Source: a virus
Taxonomy: Duplodnaviria > Caudoviricetes
Strand: one strand, 5' to 3'
DNA length: 35,176 nucleotides
IMG/VR virus record: IMGVR_UViG_3300032303_001287
Span: 1 to 35,176 of that record
Part shown: piece after piece, positions 28,959 to 35,176 of the stretch
How the letters are laid out: each line of letters opens with the position of its first letter
Numbering within the stretch: the first letter of the stretch is position 1
Position numbers and translations under genes: made by a program
Notes under the pieces: model-generated
What the model was told of the DNA's origin: nothing
The model's input: the letters and a program-made list of their open reading frames with translations, nothing else
Database searches by the model: none

Positions 28959-30452
28959 TTATTTCTTTTTATCCCTGTGTTTGTCATAGGGTTCGTGTGT
29001 GGGCACAATCATGCCTGTCATGCCTGTAATTATTTTGGTTTCATAAAGTTTTCCATTTACTACTAAAATATTTCCATTGCTATCTGTCACTAGTTTTCCA
29101 GTAACATCTGTTACATCTGTTTCTGTGGTTCCTAGGTCTGATCTTTTCAGTGACTGTACCAAGAAAGGATCTGCTCCTATGCTGTTGAAATGCACTTGAC
29201 TGCCCACTAGATGTATCATACCATTGGCTTGATGTATTTGTTGTCCTCCTGCTTGACTGTATATACTCATACCAGCTTTGACTGCATACCATCCAGTCTC
29301 TGCATAATTGTGTATGGTCCTTGATGCATAAGTTTTTATGTCCGATCCATCAATACTAATTTGTCCAGAACGTTCTCCACCTCCACCTTCGTAATTTTGA
29401 TTGGCTTTGATTTTAAAATTATTGTTAGCATACATGTTGATATCTTTTTCTGAATGAAAATTCATATCACCACCCGATCTAATATTGATTCCGTTTTTAG
29501 CGTATATGTCTATACTACCATCATCTGTGAACTCCATCCAAACGTTGCCTGAGCCGTTGGCAAGATATACCACCCCTTTGGTATCATGCATCAATAGCTG
29601 ATGTCCAGCGCTGGTCCTTAATCTTATTAATTGATTATCGCCGGCAGCATCTCCATCATCCATGACGAATGTATGACCTGTGTTTCTAGTGGCTGATTGT
29701 TCTTTTTGATTATTTGTTGGTCCTAACCTAAATTTCTTTTTTGTTTCATCAATTCTGCCTGGTGTGCTGATACCAAATACAGCACTAGGGCTCTCTCTGC
29801 GTGCAGAACTGGTAGTGGTTCCTCTTGTTGTATCTTGTATTAATCCTTGTTCTCTTAATCTATCTGCAAAAGGATGTATGGGTTTATTTTGTTTATCTAT
29901 TCCTGAAGCTCCAGCATAAGCAAACAATTGTCTGTTAACTTCGCCAGCTGGTACAACATCTGTTCCATATACTTCTGTTTTTTGTTGAGATTCTGCTTCT
30001 CCGGTTGTGCCTTGTAATTGTGTAAATTTAGATGAGGCTATACCTGGCATCATGTGATTGATATATGGTTCTTGCACACAACCAAACCAAAATCCTTGAG
30101 ATACTTTGCCTTCTACAAATATAACCAATACTCTTGTATCTATATCTGGTGGAACCATCCACATACCATAACTGTGTTGACTTAACTCATAATCATATTG
30201 TTCTGTAACACTTTTCCCAGCGGTGGCGTTAGGACTTTTGGCTCCATAGAATGGACTTAGATATTGTACGTTATATAAGCTGCCATCTGCTGCTTCATCG
30301 CTGCCTGTTAGACTGGGTATCAACACACGCAGATTACCCATTTTAGTAGGATCCACATTGTCTTTAACTATGCCAATATAAGGACCTGGATTAATCTCTG
30401 TATAGGAAGATAATCTATTACTTCTATTTGGTGTTGATGTATCTGATGACAT
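28959..30452 (-). CDS. Baseplate central spike, gp5/VgrG-like (OB-fold plus beta-helix)
   Basis: GIVKDNVDPTKMGNLRVLIP, SYGMWMVPPDIDTRVLVIF, GHTFVMDDG, IRLRTSAGHQLLMHD, beta-helix-like repeats and terminal VPTHEPY. Confidence 0.88.
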   Translation of the reverse strand: MSSDTSTPNRSNRLSSYTEINPGPYIGIVKDNVDPTKMGNLRVLIPSLTGSDEAADGSLYNVQYLSPFYGAKSPNATAGKSVTEQYDYELSQHSYGMWMVPPDIDTRVLVIFVEGKVSQGFWFGCVQEPYINHMMPGIASSKFTQLQGTTGEAESQQKTEVYGTDVVPAGEVNRQLFAYAGASGIDKQNKPIHPFADRLREQGLIQDTTRGTTTSSARRESPSAVFGISTPGRIDETKKKFRLGPTNNQKEQSATRNTGHTFVMDDGDAAGDNQLIRLRTSAGHQLLMHDTKGVVYLANGSGNVWMEFTDDGSIDIYAKNGINIRSGGDMNFHSEKDINMYANNNFKIKANQNYEGGGGERSGQISIDGSDIKTYASRTIHNYAETGWYAVKAGMSIYSQAGGQQIHQANGMIHLVGSQVHFNSIGADPFLVQSLKRSDLGTTETDVTDVTGKLVTDSNGNILVVNGKLYETKIITGMTGMIVPTHEPYDKHRDKKK

Positions 30453-30484
30453 ATTTTATATATAAATCTCTTTCTCTTTCATAG

Positions 30485-32584
30485 TTAAGCTCCAAGGTCC
30501 CATCTTACTTCACCATCTGGTCTACTGATTGCTTCAGATGCTCTTTTTTCTAGATCTTTAATGCTTTCTAATGGTGTGAATGCCCCATCTTGATTATTGT
30601 ATCTAACAATATCTAACATCTGTGTAAATTTTCCTCTATCAAATGTGCTCTCTACTGATACCACTTTATATAATCCATTGAATTGTACATTTTCCAAAGA
30701 TTGAAAATCCATAACTCCTTTTCTTTCACTGATGTCTGTTGGAAATTTAAAATTTAATGTTATAAATGGCTCTGCCTGATCAAAATTAAAACATCCTGCT
30801 TGTTCGTCCCATTGTTTTCCATCATACTGTGCTTGTACTGTTGTCGAGGATACTGCTATATTATTTCCGCTCTGCATAGGCAAAGCAAAATCTTGTCCTA
30901 TAAATGCAGGATCTCCCATTATGGTCATCTGCACATGCAGCATGTCTGTTAGAGGATTGGTTAGATATTCATAAAACTCATCCACTTGGGTTCTGCTGGC
31001 TCCTTTTTCTGATGCAACATCTTCTGTCTTTACTGTGGTAGGAAATCCTCTCAGTGGTTGTAAAGAATCTGATTGTCCTCCACTGAATCTACCATATTTT
31101 TCCACTAATTCTCTTAAGGATAAATCTTTTACTGTTTTTTTAAATTGTCCGTCTGCTCCAGAACCATCCATTAATCGAGCTAGATAGTATCCAACTTTAT
31201 AATTTATTTTAAGGTCTATTATTTCTGTGTTTTCTCCCGTGTAAATGTAATAATAGGCTTTCCTTACTTTTTTACCCCATAATCCACTGGCACTGAGTCC
31301 GGGTACTGTAAAATTCATCACATGGACCTTGTAGGGTATTACACGAAATTTTACTTTTTTCTTGTGCATTTTAGTTATTCTATCAAATTCATCCTGTTGA
31401 TCCACTGTGGTTATTATTTTAAACCATGGTACCAAGGGATCTGGAGCTTCTTTGTCTGATCCTCCATCTGATGCTGCGGAAAAAGATTCTAAATCTTTCC
31501 AATATTTTTTAACTATTTCATTTATATTTCTATAACCATCTGCTTTAACTGTCACATCTTTGATCAATTGTGCTATGCTGATGTTGGGTCTCCAACTCTG
31601 ATTAAAGATCCCACCAGTCCATATTTTCCAATTAATTGAATCATTAGCCAATTGAAATATACCGGGTGCAGCATCAATTTCATAAACATCTTTGTACTCT
31701 CTAAGACCTTTTTGTATTTCTATATCCTGCTGCTCGTTCAATCTTTGCGACATTTCAGCCAGTGCGTCGTTGAGTGTGCTCTTGCCAATGCTACCAGATG
31801 ATCTAGTATACAGGTACCTGTCAGTCATTGCAAATTCAGTCCATGGTACAGCAGTTAAGTTATAAATTGTTCCACCTGCGTTGATTTCCATTTCTGCATT
31901 CGTTATCTTAATTGGTATTAAACGTTTGGTTATTACTTCTTGTGGTTGTCCTAGATTATCATATCCCCGAAATTGTAAAGTTAACAGATAAGGTGCATCT
32001 ACATGATCAAGAAAATTATTATTAAAAGCAGCGGCACGCATCTTTTCAAATAGAGTAACGCCATACGGTTCAGACATCTCTATATCTAATTTTGTAAAAT
32101 TCATTAATTTACGTTGCTCGTTGGGTCTATGCACAGCTGTCATTACAACTTTTTCAAAAAAAATATCGTGTCCTCTTCGCAATATTTTATCGGATCCAGC
32201 TGCTATTTTTCTATTTTTTTCACTCTGTGTTTTTTTAGATCTTTCAAACTCTACGTCGCTGCCTGCGGTGGTGCCTGCGGTGGTGCTGTATTCTCCTGAT
32301 GTATTAAAAGCAGAAAACTCACCATCTCTGCCTATTCCGCTGCTTTTAGCGATAACATCGTGTGGTTCTCTTATGTTCTTGGGATTTCTAATCTCCCCTC
32401 GAGACAGCGCAGACAGTGTCCATATGTAATTGAATGATGCATATTTTCCTAGTACATTTGGTTCTGAGGTATCTCCTGCGATTTTATTTTTATTGAGTAA
32501 TTGTCCTGGCATTGCAGGTTGATTTGCAATAGTGTTGGTTCCCATGGTTTCAAGATTATCCATCCAATTATTATTGCTATTCAT
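30485..32584 (-). CDS. Probable baseplate hub protein (gp27/gpD-like)
   Basis: Lies between the gp53-like and gp5-like genes; C-terminal MTIMGDP and FNGLYKVVSVESTFDRGKFTQML are typical of hub proteins. Confidence 0.65.
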   Translation of the reverse strand: MNSNNNWMDNLETMGTNTIANQPAMPGQLLNKNKIAGDTSEPNVLGKYASFNYIWTLSALSRGEIRNPKNIREPHDVIAKSSGIGRDGEFSAFNTSGEYSTTAGTTAGSDVEFERSKKTQSEKNRKIAAGSDKILRRGHDIFFEKVVMTAVHRPNEQRKLMNFTKLDIEMSEPYGVTLFEKMRAAAFNNNFLDHVDAPYLLTLQFRGYDNLGQPQEVITKRLIPIKITNAEMEINAGGTIYNLTAVPWTEFAMTDRYLYTRSSGSIGKSTLNDALAEMSQRLNEQQDIEIQKGLREYKDVYEIDAAPGIFQLANDSINWKIWTGGIFNQSWRPNISIAQLIKDVTVKADGYRNINEIVKKYWKDLESFSAASDGGSDKEAPDPLVPWFKIITTVDQQDEFDRITKMHKKKVKFRVIPYKVHVMNFTVPGLSASGLWGKKVRKAYYYIYTGENTEIIDLKINYKVGYYLARLMDGSGADGQFKKTVKDLSLRELVEKYGRFSGGQSDSLQPLRGFPTTVKTEDVASEKGASRTQVDEFYEYLTNPLTDMLHVQMTIMGDPAFIGQDFALPMQSGNNIAVSSTTVQAQYDGKQWDEQAGCFNFDQAEPFITLNFKFPTDISERKGVMDFQSLENVQFNGLYKVVSVESTFDRGKFTQMLDIVRYNNQDGAFTPLESIKDLEKRASEAISRPDGEVRWDLGA
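32260..32286. repeat. 12-bp in-frame tandem duplication (tgcctgcggtgg x2) encoding TTAG-TTAG
   Basis: Directly visible; lies in a low-complexity segment of the hub gene. Confidence 0.7.
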
Positions 32585-32587
32585 TTT

Positions 32588-32887
32588 TTATATACTCAAG
32601 TCGTTCTTAAGATTACTCATCTTGGGTAACTGTATAGTTTTACCTATAGTAAAATCATAAATGGGATCTTCTATTACATCGGGATTTCTTTGTGCAAACA
32701 CCCACCAAAGTCTTGGAGTACCATACAAGTCATAGGCCAGTAGATCGGGTCTATATGCATAGATCCTGTCAATGGTATAGGAGATGTCGTCTTGAGCCGC
32801 TGTGATGGTTCTTGGATTTAAAAAATCCAGACTGATTTTATTTTCTGAAGTGTTAAAATAGGGAGATGTGCTGCTGTATTTGGCCAT
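32588..32887 (-). CDS. Baseplate wedge subunit, gp53/LysM-like
   Basis: YRPDLLAYDLYGTPRLWWVFAQRNP...DPI.DF..G..I.LP is the gp53-like signature. Confidence 0.88.
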   Translation of the reverse strand: MAKYSSTSPYFNTSENKISLDFLNPRTITAAQDDISYTIDRIYAYRPDLLAYDLYGTPRLWWVFAQRNPDVIEDPIYDFTIGKTIQLPKMSNLKNDLSI

Positions 32888-33753
32888 TAAATAAATCCTA
32901 TTCCATCTTTGTTAGATAATGAACCATTAACAAATTCCTGCATGCTAAATTTCTTTACAGACTCTCTGGAATATATTGGTTGTAATTGCACTTGGAACTG
33001 ACTGTCTGTGGGAGCCCAAGTTCTATTTGCATCTGGGTTAGTTACTGTCTTGCTTAGGTCATCTGTTATGGCTGAGTTGTTGATCTGTCTGCTGCCTGAT
33101 GATTGATCTGTGGAAATATAATCCACTGAGTTCCTTAGATCCACTGTGAAACTGGTCACTATTACTGGCACATTGTGGAATACATGATTACCGTATCCAT
33201 TCAATTGTAGTATGGGTGGTGGATTGCCTTTGAGAGAATTTTCTGCTCCACCGAAGAACATTTTGGTCACTGCTCTTAAAAAATGCAGCGTGGCCACCCA
33301 GTGTTGAGCATCTTGATAATTTTGAACTGGAAAATCTCCAATCACCGTTATGGCTGATACCTCACTGTGTCCATAGGCATAGAATGGATAGTTGCTGTGT
33401 GTCATGGCCATGGGATTGTATGATGCTGTGTGCTGTATCACTACAGAAGGAGTTAATGGAAATACTATGCCATTGAACGATGACAGCGGTCTCATTATGG
33501 CATTGTCTCCTCCAAAAAATACCTGTCTTAATTGTCCATCTGATGGTAGAGTTAATTTTACTCGCCAATCGGTTTGATTGCTTCTGCTGTTCCATCTGGC
33601 TGATGCATTTAATTTGTCTGCACCTTCTGCACCCTTGGGTATGCCAGCGCCAAATAGACGTCCCAGTGTGCGGTTATATATGTCTCCACCGATACCGCCT
33701 ACTAGCTGTCCAAACGACGATGTTTCTCCGTTATCAAAAGGTTGCGTTGTCAT
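32887..33753 (-). CDS. Baseplate tail-tube initiator, gp48/gp54-like
   Basis: GIVFPLTP, HSNYPFYAY, HFLRAVTKMFFG and GNPPPILQLNGYGNHVFHNVPVIVTSFTV; first gene of the baseplate run. Confidence 0.7.
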   Translation of the reverse strand: MTTQPFDNGETSSFGQLVGGIGGDIYNRTLGRLFGAGIPKGAEGADKLNASARWNSRSNQTDWRVKLTLPSDGQLRQVFFGGDNAIMRPLSSFNGIVFPLTPSVVIQHTASYNPMAMTHSNYPFYAYGHSEVSAITVIGDFPVQNYQDAQHWVATLHFLRAVTKMFFGGAENSLKGNPPPILQLNGYGNHVFHNVPVIVTSFTVDLRNSVDYISTDQSSGSRQINNSAITDDLSKTVTNPDANRTWAPTDSQFQVQLQPIYSRESVKKFSMQEFVNGSLSNKDGIGFI

Positions 33754-33777
33754 AAAAAATCCAGTATACTAACACAA

Positions 33778-33785
33778 TATTTATA
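33778..33785 (-). promoter_or_regulatory. T4-type late promoter TATAAATA
   Basis: Perfect consensus (plus strand tatttata), 24 nt upstream of the first structural gene and next to a gp55-like gene. Confidence 0.8.
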
Positions 33786-33812
33786 GGCATCATAATAGGC
33801 GCACTTTATAAT
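33784..33812 (+). promoter_or_regulatory. Sigma70-like promoter TAGGCA-N17-TATAAT for the sigma/gp47 genes
   Basis: TATAAT at 33807-33812, a 4/6 -35 match at 33784-33789, SD AAGGA at 33843-33847. Confidence 0.45.
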
Positions 33813-33853
33813 CTCCGGGCAGCAAAGCAAACAACTTAACACAAGGAATTACT

Positions 33854-34780
33854 ATGAAAAGAGTGAACTATTTAAATAACCGCGATCTGCTAGCGGAAAT
33901 ACACAAGAGCAAGAATACGTATTCTTCCTATGTGAATGCTGAAGACAGTCAATATGACATGATTGTTACTGATATTAAAAAGATCAACAATGCCAACATC
34001 GGCAAAGCAAGAAAAATACAGGCAAAAAGATTAACAGCACAGGCTTGGGACGCTGCCAAAAAATTAGGCAACAAAAGAATCAAAATGAGCGACTACGAAG
34101 TATCTCCCAGATCTATTAAAAAAACTGATCTGGTGTTTCGAGTCATGACGTTTGATCATGTCACCACAGACAGTGAGAGAAAAAAGAATCCCAAAACTCG
34201 AGCAGATCATCATACCAAAGTTAATTTTCCTCCGTTCCAACATTATAGAATCAATGACAAAGGACAATTAATTTGTGTGGGCAAAAGTCATTGGGTGGGT
34301 GGTATGAGCAATGGACATTTCAGTAATGATCATGGCAAGATAACTCCCACGCTGGCAAATATGTTCATAAAGTTGTCTGAGAGATACAGCCAACGTAGCA
34401 ACTGGAGAGGTTATACCTATGTGGACGAGATGAGATCACAGGCACTGATGCAGTTGAGTCAAATTGGTTTACAGTTTGATGAATCTAAATCAGAGAATCC
34501 TTTTGCTTATTACACAGCAGCTATCACAAACTCATTCACAAGAATATTGAACATTGAGAAAAAAAACCAAAATATTCGTGATGATATTTTAGAAATGAAT
34601 GAAATGATGCCAAGCTATACTCGACAAGCCAAAAATGAGAGTGAGACTGTGTCAGCAAAGAGGAGAATGACTACTCAAAATGGTGAGGTCAAGGTCTACA
34701 GCAAAGCCGCTCTAAAAGAATTAAACAAAGAATATAAAGCATCTGGCAAATTAACAGTTGCAGAGTCTAACAAAAAATAG
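33854..34780 (+). CDS. Late-transcription sigma factor, T4 gp55-like
   Basis: NYLNNRDLLAEI, LANMFIKLSERYSQRSNWRGYTYVDEM and QFDESKSENPFAYYTAAITNSFTRILNIEKK; immediately upstream of gp47, as in many T4-like phages. Confidence 0.9.
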   Translation: MKRVNYLNNRDLLAEIHKSKNTYSSYVNAEDSQYDMIVTDIKKINNANIGKARKIQAKRLTAQAWDAAKKLGNKRIKMSDYEVSPRSIKKTDLVFRVMTFDHVTTDSERKKNPKTRADHHTKVNFPPFQHYRINDKGQLICVGKSHWVGGMSNGHFSNDHGKITPTLANMFIKLSERYSQRSNWRGYTYVDEMRSQALMQLSQIGLQFDESKSENPFAYYTAAITNSFTRILNIEKKNQNIRDDILEMNEMMPSYTRQAKNESETVSAKRRMTTQNGEVKVYSKAALKELNKEYKASGKLTVAESNKK

Positions 34781-34792
34781 TAAACTCAAACT

Positions 34793-35176
34793 ATGGCATT
34801 TTTTAAACGAGCTGCTTGTTTCACTGACATACATTTTGGATTGAAAGGCAACAGCCGAGTTCACAACGATGACGGAGAAGCATTCTGTTATTGGTTTATT
34901 GAACAAGCCAAAGCACATGATTGTGAAACTTGTATATTCCTAGGTGATTGGCATCATCACAGAAGTGCCACCAATGTCAGCACCATGAACTACACTGTCA
35001 GCAACATGGAGAGACTGGGCCGAGCATTTAAAAAAGTCTACGTGATCATGGGCAATCACGATCTATTCTACAGAGACAAGAGAGAAATCAACAGCATGGA
35101 ATACTGCAGGAACATTCCCAACATTGAGATCGTAAACGAGTGGATGCTGACTGATGACGTGGCCATAGTGCCGTGG
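34793..35176 (+). CDS. Recombination endonuclease subunit, gp47/Mre11/SbcD-like (partial, runs off the window end)
   Basis: Hand translation MAFFKRAACFTDIHFG...IFLGDWHHHR...VIMGNHDLFYR shows the metallophosphoesterase motifs DxH, GD and GNHD. Confidence 0.92.
   Translation, partial: MAFFKRAACFTDIHFGLKGNSRVHNDDGEAFCYWFIEQAKAHDCETCIFLGDWHHHRSATNVSTMNYTVSNMERLGRAFKKVYVIMGNHDLFYRDKREINSMEYCRNIPNIEIVNEWMLTDDVAIVPW

Noticed and set aside
758-33772. Numerous short plus-strand and nested minus-strand ORFs in the track (e.g. 26310..26825, 8455..8865)
   Set aside because: They lie within or overlap well-supported genes and show no recognisable motifs.
1-35176. Stop-codon reassignment (no called gene ends in TGA)
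   Set aside because: Genes are intact and densely packed under the standard code, with TAA and TAG stops; no read-through is needed.
1-35176. Bacterial contractile injection system (eCIS/T6SS/tailocin) rather than phage
   Set aside because: A gp55-like sigma factor, a gp47 nuclease and T4 late promoters indicate a lytic T4-like phage genome.
1-35176. tRNA, rRNA, structured ncRNA or intrinsic terminators
   Set aside because: Intergenic gaps are 100 bp or less and I saw no convincing cloverleaf or GC hairpin with a U-tract.

Overview
Virion-morphogenesis region of a large, AT-rich, T4-like (contractile-tailed, probably jumbo) bacteriophage. About 33.7 kb is one tightly packed minus-strand gene run. 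In transcription order it encodes: gp48/54-like tube initiator, gp53-like wedge, hub, gp5-like spike, gp25, gp6-like wedge, a 4296-aa multidomain baseplate protein, three paralogous tail fibres, a Gly-rich adhesin-like protein plus two small partner genes, and then three glycosyltransferase-like genes and a twitch-domain radical SAM gene cut off by the window edge. Divergent from this run are a gp55-like late sigma factor and the start of a gp47 (Mre11/SbcD-like) nuclease. A perfect T4 late promoter (TATAAATA) heads the structural run. The most unusual signals are: (i) 15 exact D-G-S-T tetrapeptides plus variants in the giant protein, near a glycosyltransferase cluster, possibly a virion-modification sequon; (ii) a cassette in which the adhesin and the next gene share an uncharacterised Cys-initiated helical C-terminal domain, one copy fused to a CFI-box-CTERM-like domain; (iii) a complete type-1 copper ligand set in the baseplate protein. 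All family assignments come from motif recognition by eye, not database searches.
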